DNA of 64,000 bases from Thecamonas trahens ATCC 50062 (taxonomy: Eukaryota > Protista > Apusomonadida), in NCBI RefSeq assembly GCF_000142905.1, contig NW_013657650.1, forward strand, positions 131,388 to 195,387, given 5' to 3'. Of this stretch, positions 31,736 to 45,100 are shown piece by piece. The translations under genes were made by a program, and so were the position numbers. The notes under the pieces were generated by a model. The model searched no databases and was not told where the DNA came from. It worked only from the letters and a program-made list of their open reading frames with translations. Within the stretch, counting starts at the first letter, position 1; every line of letters starts with the position of its first letter.

Positions 31736-32755
31736 CTACCGATGTGGATCATAGCGTCGCGAAAAGAAGGCCATCTGGGCATGCTTGTCCAAACCCGAGC
31801 CAGAACTGGGGTCGTCCGAGTCCGAGCTGGAACTCACAGATGCTGAGCTGCTGGTGGCGTGGCTACTGCAGCTACTCCTCGAGACAGATGAGTGTGACGA
31901 CTCGCTCGCCGACGCCGAGTAGGAGATGGACTCACCCCAGTAGAGGAGGGTGAGCTCGACAACGTGGACGAGAAGGTTGAGGAACTCGACAAACTCGAGT
32001 CGTCCATTGTCGTCGAGATCAAAGCGATGCATGAGGACCGACATGTCCGAGTAGTGCGGGATGCGGAGGCCGCGCCAGATGTTGACGGCGCGCAAGGCAA
32101 CTTCGGTCTGCTCCATACTCAGCCAGCCGCGTCCACGCCGGTCCATGCGATCAAACACAAGCCATGCGACCTCGTGGATCTTGGCAGGCACGTCGAGGAG
32201 CTCGTGGCAGATGGCAATCTGCGCCTCGATGTCAAGCTCATCCGACATCACCTCGAGCGGCGTCTCGTCGTGCCGGATGCCCATCTCGTGCTCGAGGTAA
32301 GCCACTACTCGCCGCCGTTGCTCCGCCGTCTTGACTCTGCCGTGGATGCCATTGCCAGATCCAGAGCCTAGACTTTCGCCATGCTCATGACTGCTTTCAT
32401 CGGTGCTTGCAATACCACTGATGATGCTGCGAGACGAGCTGCTGTTGCTGCTGCCGCTGTTGTTGCTGCTGTTGCTGCTGCCGCTGCCGCTGCCGCTGCC
32501 GCTGCCGCTGCCGCTGCCGCTGCCGCTGCCGCTGCCGCTGCCGCTGCCGCTCGCCTCTGCATCAGGCTCGTCTGTTGGAATCTCGGGCACTTTGGTTACC
32601 GGCACTCCATATCCCGCCTTTTCACGCGCTCTTCGCATGGCCTCTTCAAGCCCGAGCGAGCCGACAGGCTCTTTCCCAGCCCCAGCCCCAGACCCAGCCC
32701 CAGCCCCAGCCCCGGTCCCCGCCCCGACTCCCACTTGGCCCGAGTCCTCAGTCAT
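31736..32755 (-). CDS. EF-hand protein with (GS)n and Ser-rich low-complexity regions
   Basis: FDRMDRRGRGWLS and FDLDDNGRLEFVEFL EF-hand pair; start codon uncertain. Confidence 0.7.
   Translation of the reverse strand: MTEDSGQVGVGAGTGAGAGAGSGAGAGKEPVGSLGLEEAMRRAREKAGYGVPVTKVPEIPTDEPDAEASGSGSGSGSGSGSGSGSGSGSGSGSSNSSNNSGSSNSSSSRSIISGIASTDESSHEHGESLGSGSGNGIHGRVKTAEQRRRVVAYLEHEMGIRHDETPLEVMSDELDIEAQIAICHELLDVPAKIHEVAWLVFDRMDRRGRGWLSMEQTEVALRAVNIWRGLRIPHYSDMSVLMHRFDLDDNGRLEFVEFLNLLVHVVELTLLYWGESISYSASASESSHSSVSRSSCSSHATSSSASVSSSSDSDDPSSGSGLDKHAQMAFFSRRYDPHR
32478..32550 (-). repeat. (GGCAGC)n coding hexamer repeat encoding Gly-Ser
   Basis: Directly visible. Confidence 0.9.
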
Positions 32756-33183
32756 CTCCTGCTCGACTGCGCTCCATCGCCAGACCCTCGATCGCCGGCG
32801 ACCCAGTCCCCCCATCCTCAGTCGTTTTCTTCTCGACCGGTCTGTTTTCAGGCCACACTGGCGAAGCCCACCCGATGTCGATCCCATTGTCGCGGCCAAC
32901 CCAGTTGATGCACTCGCGCCACGCGCCCTTGCCCTCCCACGACTGCTGCCACGACCACCATACCCAGCGTCACCCATCCGTATCCCCTGCCTCTTTCTCT
33001 CTCTCCTCCTTCTCAGCACCATGCCCACACCCACTCAATCCGTCCCTTTCTCTCCACGAGCCGATGCAGAGTAGTGTTCGCTGGGCAATGGCTGTCCCCC
33101 CCCCCCCCCCCACCCCCCTCCCCCCCTCACCCTCCAACAACCAACCGCCAACCAACCCACCCGTCTTTGCCACCTCCCTGACA

Positions 33184-36100
33184 ATGGGAACCACCGTGTC
33201 CAAGACGCTCACCACAGCGGTAGGAACAACCGCTGCCGAGAAGCGCTCGTCCAATGCAACATGGGAGAAGAGGCTGGCTGCGTGCCGTGATGATGACCTC
33301 AAATGGTACACCCATACCCTCCCTCCCCCCCCCCCCCTCCTTNNNNNNNNNNNNNNNNNNNNNNNNNNNNNNNNNNNNNNNNNNNNNNNNNNNNNNNNNN
33401 NNNNNNNNNNNNNNNNNNNNNNNNNNNNNNNNNNNNNNNNNNNNNNNNNNNNNNNNNNNNNNNNNNNNNNNNNNNNNNNNNNNNNNNNNNNNNNNNNNNN
33501 NNNNNNNNNNNNNNNNNNNNNNNNNNNNNNNNNNNNNNNNNNNNNNNNNNNNNNNNNNNNNNNNNNNNNNNNNNNNNNNNNNNNNNNNNNNNNNNNNNNN
33601 NNNNNNNNNNNNNNNNNNNNNNNNNNNNNNNNNNNNNNNNNNNNNNNNNNNNNNNNNNNNNNNNNNNNNNNNNNNNNNNNNNNNNNNNNNNNNNNNNNNN
33701 NNNNNNNNNNNNNNNNNNNNNNNNNNNNNNNNNNNNNNNNNNNNNNNNNNNNNNNNNNNNNNNNNNNNNNNNNNNNNNNNNNNNNNNNNNNNNNNNNNNN
33801 NNNNNNNNNNNNNNNNNNNNNNNNNNNNNNNNNNNNNNNNNNNNNNNNNNNNNNNNNNNNNNNNNNNNNNNNNNNNNNNNNNNNNNNNNNNNNNNNNNNN
33901 NNNNNNNNNNNNNNNNNNNNNNNNNNNNNNNNNNNNNNNNNNNNNNNNNNNNNNNNNNNNNNNNNNNNNNNNNNNNNNNNNNNNNNNNNNNNNNNNNNNN
34001 NNNNNNNNNNNNNNNNNNNNNNNNNNNNNNNNNNNNNNNNNNNNNNNNNNNNNNNNNNNNNNNNNNNNNNNNNNNNNNNNNNNNNNNNNNNNNNNNNNNN
34101 NNNNNNNNNNNNNNNCCCCTTCCCCCCCCCCCAAACCCCCGCATGCGTGTCACACCATCCTTCCTTTTTTCCCGCCGGCCTTTCTTCCACATCCCGACTC
34201 ACCACCACCATGACCACCACCATTTCTATCACCATCCTCTCGTATCAGGCTCTCGGAAGATCTTCTGCATCGCATTCTCGAGTCGGAAAACATCCTGCGC
34301 GAGCATGTGCCCGAGGCCGAGTCGTCGACGAGCACTTCGGTCGATGAGCTCGAATTTGAACGTGTACGGGCGGTGAGCACTAGTGATGGAAGTGACGGAG
34401 CTGGCCTGCCTAATCTTGTGGGGCTAGTGGCGAGCTCGGGTGTGACCAACATCATCGATGCTCAGCTGGCCCGCCTGGTGGCCCATGCCGCCACCTGGTC
34501 GTCTGCCTTTCAGGAGGTGACTCAGGCCCGGTACGCCATCGTCCTCCGTGTCCTCACCTCGGTCACCAACCAGTCGCGTCGTCTCGAGCTGGCCAATGAC
34601 TCGGACGGAAGCGGCGAGGGCGGTGAGGGCTCGCCGGAAGACGCGGCGTCCAAGCTCAACCCGCTGCCGGACGCCAACCGTCCGCAGGCCAACCTTGGCA
34701 TGCAAATCGCCATCAAGGTCTTCCTCTCGGTGGTGGCCAACACCGATCCGTCTGGCGCGGCTCCGGCAGTTGAGCAGCTTCTCGCCCTTGTCTCAGGCTC
34801 CAAGGTTCTCGACCTCGCCAACGAGGACGACGACTTTCTCGATGCTCTGGTTGCCTGGCTCGTTGCCGTCCTCGATGCCGACGCCGTGCCTGAGGCGCTC
34901 GCCACCGGCGCCGCCACTGCTCTTCTCACCCTCGCCGCCTTTACTGGCTTTCAGGGCCGCATGCTTGACGCGATGGCTCGCCTCGTGGCCCACCCAGCAG
35001 CATCGGACGTTGCCCCGGCGTATGTCGATGCGCTAACCAAGATCTCGGCTTTCAAGACCTCGCTGGAGCTCGGTACTCTCGCCAACTCCTCGCCGCTCGC
35101 GCATCTGGCCTTCAACGCCGACCTCGCCTCCGAGCTCAAGGGAAAGGCGCTCTCGGCCGACGCTCGAGCGTCAGTGGTCTCGGACGGCGCTTATCTTTAC
35201 ATCCACGACGCACGTGGCTTGCTCAAGGTTGGCACCGGCCTGCAGGGCTCGGCGCCCGGTCACGTCTACTACGCCGACCGCAAGTTCTACCCCGACGCTC
35301 ATCTTTGGCTTTCCGTCATCGCAGGCTCACTCTACGTCCGCTCTGCTGCTCTCTCGGACAACGCCGTCTTTGAAGTGTACGACACGGCCGACCTTGCTTC
35401 GCCACACCGCATCGTCACTCCGTCTGATCTCCTCATCACCACCTCTGATCCACAGATGGCAACCCTCGCTTCGTCCGCGTTTGTCCCCGAGTACGACTGG
35501 AAGACTGCTGCGCTCGCCGCCAAGAATACCACCTGTAGTTCGTCTACTGGGGGTTTCGGCATGCACTTTAACTGCCAGTCTTGCAACTACGCGAGGGTCT
35601 GTGCCGCCTGTGCCGCAGAGTGCCACAAGGGCCACAACCTCGTCATGGACGCCAATGAGTCATACTCTTACTGCAACTGCGCTGCCCGCGCGCTCGACGC
35701 GGACCCCAGGCCGTGCCGTACCCGCCCCCTGCCACATTGGGGCACCCTCTCCGCCGCCTCGCCGTCATGGTCCGACGGCCGCTATCTCTACATCCTCACT
35801 CTCCGCCCCAAGCCCGACGACCTTGTTGCCCGCGAGGAGCGGCGCCTTGCCAAGTGGCGCGCAAAGCGCGCAAAGATTTTTGCCAAGGCTGATGCCAAGC
35901 TCGCCGCGTCTCGTAACGCTGCTGCGGGCACTGACGCCGGCGCGTCGTCGTCAGCCGCTGCCGCTGCTGCCGCTGACTCCGACACTGCCGACTTGCCCGC
36001 AGACACCGACGCCGCCGACGACATCGACGACACCGCGTCGGATGGATCGCTTGACCGCTTCGAGATCGACGGCAGTCGTGCCCGCCCTCGCCGCGACATC

Positions 36101-39100
36101 ACTCTTGCCCGCAAGGCCGGCAACGACCTTTCCGCGGATCAGCAGGAGCTCGAGCTGTGGGAGTCGGGCACCCGTTACGTCATCGTTGTTGTTGACCCGC
36201 TCGACAGCTTCCACCTCGTTGACGTCAAGCGCCTCGACATTGAGCGTGCAGGCAGCAATCTACCGCTCGAGAGTCTCGGCCGCTTCTCGTTCTACTCCAA
36301 CGGCTCCATCCTCGTTGTGCAGCAGGTGGCCGACTTCAATCCGCCCAAGCCACCGACAGGCGCGTTCAGCAACTCGCTTGGAGGCTTTGGTGGTGGAAGC
36401 AGCTCGCAGCCCAACCTCACCATCACAAGCTTTGACCTCTCATGCAAGGGCGTGACGCTCGGTGCACCCGACGAGGTGAACAAGTTCTCCAACGCGCTCC
36501 TGACTACTGCGAATGTGCCGACGGATGCAGGCTTGAGCGCCTCTGCCTATGATTATGTCAACAACATGATCTGGGCCTACTCGTCCATGCACCTCCGCTG
36601 TGTGCCATACAAGAACGCGACGCCACCGCCGCTTTTCCGCTTCCCGGCTCCACCGGCAGAGGGCCACAGCCACGACTTTGTCCACTCGTCCGACGACGCC
36701 CTCGCGCACCCGGCCTTTGCCCTCCCGTCCGACCAGCAATCTTCCATCCGCACTGGCACTGCCATCGTCCGCACGCTTGCGCTCCTCGACCAGCACGCCG
36801 CCGACCATGCCCAGCGCCTGGCACTCACCGGCTCGACCGCGCTCTCGGCTGCGGCACTCTCGGCCCCGTTTGCCCTCCACATTGCGCCAGCGACCTTTGT
36901 CGCACTCCTTAACCTCGCCCGCGCTCTCCACTCCTCCATTCTCGAGGCAGCCCCCGGTCCGCGCTCTGCCCTCATTCAGCCGGTCTACGGCCTCGGTGCC
37001 ACGCTCCGCCTCCTTGCCGCAAACCTTTCCCGCCTCGTCGAGCTTCAGATCGACCCTGCCGCCGTTGGCCTCGGTGCCCCGAGCTGGACGTCGGCCGCCG
37101 TTGCCCGGCGTCGACGCCGAACAACATTCTCGTTGACCTCCATGGCCTCCTCCTCGCCATGCTCGAGACCACTCTGTCGGATCCGGAGCTTCACGCTGAC
37201 GCCTACGTACCCATCGCATCTGCCGTCTGGGAAGTCTTTGCAGCTGGCCTCGACGCTTTTACCCGACTGAGGACCAGCAGCTCTTCCTCCTTCTGGCCGT
37301 CCTCGACCCAGCGTCGGTCGAGGACCGCGAGCTGCCGGTCAACCTGCCGACGGACAACGCCCATGCCACAGGCTCTGCGCTCCGTGCCTTTGCCGGCGCA
37401 GTCATTGCCTCAGACTCAACTGCTGTCCTCAACGCGCTTCTTGGCCGTCTTGCCCTCAACTCGAACGCATCGCTCCTAATCTGCCCCGCTGGCGCATCAT
37501 CTGGCGCCGCCATTGATCGCACCATCATCATCAACTTGGTTGAGCAGGCCCTCGCCTCGTTCGACGACTCTCTTGCTGCCGCCATCGCCGCGGGCCCTCA
37601 TGCCTCGCCTGCCGCTGCGCCGCAGCCAGCGCCGGCCGGCCGAGCTCTCCTAGCCTTCCTCAAGGGACTCATCCAGCGCGTGAGCTCGTTTACTACACAG
37701 CTGGCCGATGCTGCTGCCAAGCTCAAGACTGCGAAGGAAGCTGCCGCGTCGGACAAGAGTGCTAAGGCCAAGGCCGATAGTGGAGCCGAGAGCGGGGCTG
37801 ATGCCGCTGCTTCAAGCGAGACCGCCGACGACGACGCTCCGCCCTCGCTCGCCGAACGCGCTGCTGCCCTCGAAGACGCCGAGTACGAGAAGAATGTGCT
37901 TGTTGACGCCTGCGTCGGCGTTGTGGCATCCGTCCTTGACGCTGGCACCACCGCCCTCCACAAGCTTCGCACCAGCCTCGACTCGATCTCGCTCGACGCT
38001 GCCGAGGCTGTTCTTGCGGCTTCGCTCGTCGGCCGTGTCTTCCCGGTCCTCACCGCCTTGCTCGGCACGCTCAGCTCAACGATTGGCGTCCAGGCTCCGC
38101 TCATGGCCCCGCTTGTCCGTGTCCTACGCGAGTTTAGCCCCGTCGCCGCCGCTTTTGAGGCCAACACGGCCGCCGAGGCCGAGTACAACGCTGGCCGTGC
38201 GTACCGCCAGTCTGGCGGCGCCGTCCGCGTCGTCGAGTCGGCGCATCCCTACACGGCCAACACCGACGAGGACTTCTCGGTCCGCATTCCCGGAGCCCAT
38301 GCTCTCGAGATCACCTTTTCCTCGCAGTCGAACCTGCAGTACAACGACATGCTCACCCTCTACCTCAAGCGCGGGCACAAGTCCCGCTTCCGCCGCTTCG
38401 AGTCGTACGGTGCCTTCCAAGAGACGCGCGTCATTGTTCCCGGCGACGCCGTCTACTTTCATTTCAAGTCGCAGTCGCAGTCGTACGGCGACTATGGCTT
38501 CAAAGCCACCGTCACGCCGCAGCTCAAGGCCGAGGCCCCGCTCGAGCTCCCGTGGATGCTTGACACGTTCAAGAGCCTCGGCTACGTCGCCGGTAAGTAC
38601 GCCGCCATGCTGGTGGCAGCCAAGCCACAGATGGAGGTCCCGCCGTCGCTCGCCCACTGGCGCGCATCGCCGCTACTCTCGGGTGGTCTCTCGTCCATCA
38701 TGCTGCGCGCCAACCCGGACGCCGCCCGTGGCGACGCCCGCTATGACCTCGCCCCGCTCCGCGCTGTCCTAGAGGCCTCGACCGCCCAGCTCCCTGCTAT
38801 CCCGCCGGCCTTTGCCGAAACCCCACAGGCCGAGACCGATGTCTTTACCTCGTTCCTTGGTGCGTTTGTGGCACAGGGCGAGCTCCCGCTCGGGGCCAAC
38901 GCCACGCCTGATGCGCTTCCAGCCAAGCTCAACGCATGGATCCTCAACAACTCGTCGGTTCAAGTCTTTCTAGCCCGCGAGCCACGCGCCGCCGCCTACA
39001 ACCGCGCTACCCGCGCCATCATCGCCGGCATCCTCCGCCACTCGGGACTTGTCAAGGAAGTCCACGCCCTCGCTACTGCTGTCGAAGCTGGCGCCGATAC

Positions 39101-42100
39101 GTTTACTGCCACCAAGCCGCCGCAGCACCTGGTCATGGTGTGGAAGATTGCATCCAAGGCCCGCCGGTTCCTCATGGGCCTCGCCCGCCCGCAAGCCGAG
39201 CTCCCGTCAGCCATGGTTGCTGCCGCCGCCTCGTCGCCGGCCGACGACGCCGCACCCGCCGACGGCGACGCCGCAGCCGACAAGGCCAAGGCTGACGCCG
39301 CCGCCAAGTCCAACGCCCGCGTTTCCTTTGACTCGTATGTCGAGGCCATGGCCGCAGTCGAGGACCGCATGCGCTTCCTCCTCGACGCCGCCCCGGCCGC
39401 AACCCACCTTCTGTACGCCCTCTCGTCGCGGCCCGAGACGCCCAAGTCGACCGCGGCCAAATCGCGGTGGGACGCGCTTCGCACCTCAGTCACCTCGCGG
39501 GTTGGCGCCGTCGGCACCGAGTCAGACTCTGTTGTCGCCGCCCTCAAAGACCTCGCCAAGCTCTCCGAGTCGGTCGTCGAGTTTGCTAAGACTGCGCAGC
39601 TTGCCGCTCTCCCGCTCTCCATCTTTGTCGATCTCCTCGCCGACGCCCGCCAGTGTGGCAAGGCTCGGGTTTTTGGCATTTCCGCCTACACTGCCCTCCT
39701 CGCCGACGGCGGTGAGTTTGGCTCGGTCTCGCAGGACGTGCTCTCGCACCTCTCGGCAGCACTCAACACGACGGCCATGCCGCAGTCGGGCGCCGCCCAT
39801 GGCAAGACCTACCCGCACTACCTCAACAGCGTCGAGATCGCCGGTACCGCCATCGCTACCCAGATTGGCACCGCATTCTCTGCCCTCCTCGCCACGCTTG
39901 TTGCCATGCTCCGCAACGTCAACACGCCACCGGCGACCAAGCTGCTCATCCTCGACGCGCTCGCGCTCGAGTACAAGCGCGCCGACTACCCCATGCTGGT
40001 CAAGGCGCAAGTCTTTCCGGCGCTTGGTGAGGTGATGAAGGCAACCCGCAAGTATCGCGGCTACACTCCGCCGCCTGATGCTGCTCGCGGCGCCTCGTCG
40101 CTACCGGCCGTTCTCCGGCGGGTCAACGCCTCGGCCTGGGCTGTCTTCCAGCTCATTTCGCTCCTGGTCTTTGCGCCTAACGACCGCGCTGCTGCCTCGG
40201 GTGCCGCCTCGGCACCGGCCGGTGGACTCGGCCTCGGCTCCAAGCAGCTCCGCTCGGCCGCCTTTGACGCCGTCCTTGCTGAGCTCAGCTCGTCGGCTGA
40301 CGAGATTGAGGCTGCCGCCACGACCGGCAGTCACGACCCCGAGCTCAACTCGTCGGTCTACGACCTGCTCACCCTCCTTTTCACCTGGGCTGACACTGCC
40401 TCGCACCAGCTCATTCACCCTCGGCTGCAGCGGCTGCTAGCGCGGATCATGGCTGTCGGCGCGCCGGCGCTCCAGCGGATGACTCTCCGGCTCTTCCGCA
40501 AGGTCCTTGCCCGCCACAGCCCCGACGATGTGGTCGAAAACCTCTTTGCTGCCGACGAGCATCTGCTCGACTCGCTCCTTACCACTGCTGGTCAGTCATT
40601 TGTCCTTGCTCCGGCTGGTCCGCCAGCCCCGGGTGTGGCCGATGTGGCACCTGCCGGCGACGGCGTCGCTGCCGACTTTGGCTGGCGCTCGGGCTTTGTC
40701 CACTTTGTGGTCGGTCTCGAAGCCATGTATGCGCTGCGCACGTTGCTCGCTGCTCGTCCCTGGGCTGCTGCGCTGGTCCCGCGCCTTCTTGCTGCGCTCG
40801 ATGCTGACTCGGAAACTGCCCCGCTCGCTGCCCTCGCCGTCCTGGGTGGGAGCCTGGACGTTCCGCGGATCGGCGCTCGCATCGCCGTTGCTATTGGGGC
40901 CGGCATTCGTGAGTTTGGCACCATTGTTACTTGTGCACCCGAGTCACCGACGCTCACGGCAGTCCTCGACTCTGACGTCGAAGCTGGCAAGCTTAGCAAG
41001 TATTCCATCAACGACGTCGAGCTTGTGCCCGAGACTGAGCTGAGCCAGGCGGCCCTCGGCTTTGTGGACGCCAACGTCACGGTCGATGCCATTGCGCGGC
41101 TTGCTCTCGCGCCGCCAGCCTCTGACGCCACACCCGCAGCCGCACTTACCCAGGCGCTGGCGCTCAAGGCGCTTGGTCGTCTGCTTTCCGACTCGCGGTT
41201 CCTGACCGCGTTTCTGAGTCAGCCGTCGCGCCTCGCGGCGCTCCTCGACGTCATGCGCACCGCCGATGGCGACCCGCGATTCTCGAGCGTCGAGTCCGAG
41301 GAGCGGCTCCTCACCAGCGTGCTGCAAGCTGTCCAGTCGGCCGACGCGAGGGTGGTGGGCTCGGCAACGCAGGATCCGTCTTCCGATCCTCCGCCCACCT
41401 TCCAGCCGCGCTACGCCTTTGTCCCGCACTCTAAGTTCCCGCAAGGCATCGACATGGGCGCCGCCAACGCCGATCTGGTCCAGATCAGCGCCGACGGCGT
41501 GGTCGAATACCTTGGCTCGGGCCGCGGACAGACAGACATTGGTCTGATCAAGGGCGATGCTGTCGTCCCGCACGCCGTCGACATGTACTACTTTGAGGTC
41601 AGCATTCTTCACGAGGGCGCTGACGGGCGCGTCTCGATTGGCCTAGTGCCCGACGGCAAGACAGTGCCCGGCACGCTTGGTGCGCTCTACGGCTCGTACG
41701 CACTGCAAGGCGAGTCGGGCAAGAAGATGTCGTACAAGTGCAAGGGATACGATGGGACCGGCAAAGAGTACGCCAACGCCGCGTCGTCCGGCGACGTTCT
41801 CGGTCTGCTCTACGATGTCCAGAACGGCTGCATTCACTTTACCATTTCCGGCAACGACTTTGGCGTCGCCTTTAAGCAGCTCAAGGGCCGGTTCCGCCCC
41901 GCGGTCGGCATTGCCTCGCCTGGCGCTCGGGTCCTTGTCAACTTTGGTCAGCTGCCGTTCCGCTACGCCGCCGACGGTCGTACCATGCCCACCAAGAACT
42001 CGCTCGGAACCGCACGGACTCGCGAAGACAAGGCCGCCATTCTGCTGGCCGTCGGCTTTGAGCCGTGGCTTGTCGACGCCGCCCTCAGCCAGTCGGCTCT

Positions 42101-45100
42101 CTTCGACGAGCCGTCTGACGCGCTCTACTGCTGGTGTGCCGAGCGGTTCGGTCGCTCCCGGGAGGCAGTCGAGGCCGAGGCTGCTGCTGCTGCTGCTGCT
42201 GCCACCGCCGCTGCCGCCGCCGCCGACAGCGATGGCGCCGATGGCGATGTCGGTGATGGTGTCGACGCCGACGCCGACGGCAAGGCAACGCCACCAACTG
42301 CAGTCAAGACAGCATCAGACGTCGACACCCTCTCCGAGTACTCTGACGAAGACGCCGAGCCGGCCGTCAACGAGGGCGACAACCGGGCGAATAACTACCG
42401 TCCGCTGTACGAGGACGCTGACGACGATGAGACCATTTCCACTGGCTATTGGGCGCGCCGGCAGTGGTGAAGGAGGTCAAGCCGCAGCTGCTCATGGCAG
42501 ACGTTGTGCCTGGTATGTACTTGAGTGTGGATCCTGACTACGAGGTCGATGGCGAGGACGACGACGACAAGGACAGCGACGGAGATGCCGAACTGGTCGC
42601 CGCTGATGACGCGATGCTCGGCCAAAGTGGAGGCTCTGAGCCCGGCAAGGGCAAGGACGAGGTCGGCGACACCGACGCCGGCGCTGGCAACGCGCTGGCT
42701 CAGCTGCCATTCGAGAGCACCCGCGGACAGACCGGAACGGTTCTGGCAGTTGACTCGGCCAGCCGCGGCGTTCTACTGGCAGTCTACCAGGTCGAGACTG
42801 GGAGGATGCTGCTGGGATGGTACCCTGTGCGGTCGCTGGTGTACCCGAGCCCGCTGGTGGACGATCCACTGACGTGGGTGCTGGCTGGCGAGGGGGCGGC
42901 GCTTGCTGCCGGCGCCGCGCGGCGGCTGCAAGGCCTCTACGCGCGGTCGGCGGTGGTGGCAGCCATGGTGGCATGGGAGCCGCAAGTGAGTCCGTTGACG
43001 ATGGATGCTGGCGTCGGCTCGGACGAGAATTTGCTCGCGCTCCTCAGCGCCACCGCGTACGCCGACCTTGCGGCGATGCCTGACCAGTCGAGCAGTGACC
43101 CAGGTGCGTACCTGTATGCCGACGCCGAGTCGTCGGACGCGATTGCGCTACGCGAAGCGACCGCAAAGCTTGTGAAGAACTGCGTCGCCGCTATGGACGG
43201 ACCGTCGGCCCGCAAGCTGTGGGGTTGGTTGGTGGTGCAGGCACACCAGCTCACGGCCGACCGACTTGACCTGGAGATCGGCGCGTGGCTCTACCTGTAC
43301 CTCTTTGATGCGCTCAAGGTATTTGAGGCCAAGCTGGCCGGCGCGGACAACCTTGCCGAGGGCGACGAAGCTACAGGTAAGGGCAAGGCCGACGTCGAAA
43401 CGCCCGCTGACGACGCCGACGCCGGGGCCGCAGATGACGCGGCCGAGCTGAGCGAGGAAGATGCGCGAAAGGCTGCGACAACGCTGGCCGAGTTTGCGGC
43501 GCTCGATGAGGCGTATACCTTGCCGCCTGTGGAGAAGACGCTGGCCCAGCTCGGGCTCGACAGCGTCGAGCTGGAGGACAAGGCTAGCCGGCGGAGCGCC
43601 GAGGCGCTGCGGCTGCTGCGTCTGCTTGTGAGCCGGCGGCGTGCGATGCGGCTGCTGGCGCAGGTGGACCAGATTGCGCTGGCGCGGACGCGTGCGCTGA
43701 TGTACCGGACGCTGACGCTCATGTTTGAGGCCGACGAGGTGTTTGGTCGTCTCCCGCGGGTATCTGTGCTCCAAAAGGCCATTGCGTCGCTTACGCAAAG
43801 CTTCTACAACTCGTCGCAGATGACGCTTGAGCAGCAGGCCAAGTCCGGTATGAGCGCGACGCTCGCGGACCTGCTGCGGCGGGTGCGGGAGAAGAACGAC
43901 GCAGTCTCACGCGCCGAAGCATGGCTAGCCAATGTCAAGTCGATGAAGGAACGGGCCAAGGCCGGGGCCAAGGTCGAGGTCGACGAGTGCGTGGCGGATC
44001 AGCAGGTGCGGGATCTGGCGCGTGTACTTGGCGTCAACGAGCTTGTCTCGTCGCGGTACGCGTCTACGGGGACGTCGCTCCATCTTCTCGGCGAGCTTGT
44101 GGACGTTATGTACGAGCGCCGCAAGGTGCCGGTCAAGTTTGCACTGCGAGCGTGGCCTGCGGCGCAGCTGGTGGAACGCAAGGTGGTGAGCTCAAGCCAT
44201 CCGTACGAAGCCGGCCGGGTGAAGGACATGGTGGTGATTGCGGACGCGTCGACGGTCCAAGTCAAGTTCCATCCCAAGTGCGCGACAATGCAATCGGATG
44301 TGCTGCAGTTTTCCGAGACGGCGCATTTTGGCCCGTATGGCTCGACGTACTCGGGCAAGTTTGGGCAGTACGCGAGCTCGGGCGTGGCGTTTTCAGCCAA
44401 CGGCGACCGGATGTACTACCAGTTCAACGCCGCCGCCGGCTCACAGCTGCATGGGCAGTCGTGCCAGGTCTGCTCGTTGGGCCAGATGCGCGGGACGCGG
44501 TACTCTTGCATCTCGTGCCGGAGCTGCGAGCTATGCGAGGAGTGTGAGGCCAACCTCGAGGAGACGCAGGCGCACCCGACCTCGCACATGTTCCTTAAGA
44601 TCCAGCGGCCGACGACCAACTGGTATGCGCGCGAGTCACTGCCGTGCCCGCCGATTGACACCGAGGCGCCGCGGACCCACACCGGCATTGCGTGCGACGG
44701 GTGCGGGGCAAGCCCAATCGAGGGCGACCTGTACAAGTGCGCCCAGTGCGGGGCGTACTACCTGTGCTCGGCTTGCGAGGAGCGGGCGACCGAGCTCGAC
44801 CACGACGTCGACCACGTGTTTATCAAGATTCGCATGGCGCGGACGTCGCCCGAGACGTACTCGTTCTTCCGGGCGCTGCCCAACATGTACGAGGACGGCA
44901 TGACGTGGGGCTACGAGTTTGTGGTCAGCGGCATCCTCAAGCAGCGGGCGCTGCTCAACTCACTGGGCACGGCCATGCCCGACATCTTGGCGTGGCTGGA
45001 GACGGATGCGCAAGAGTGGAAGCCCGCTCTGGATCACGAGCTTGTACGGTATGCCGTAGCTGTGGCGGAGAAGGCCGATACCAATGTGAGTATGCTTCCG

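Noticed and set aside
32575-34376. ORFs containing long X runs
   Set aside because: Artefacts of the N gap
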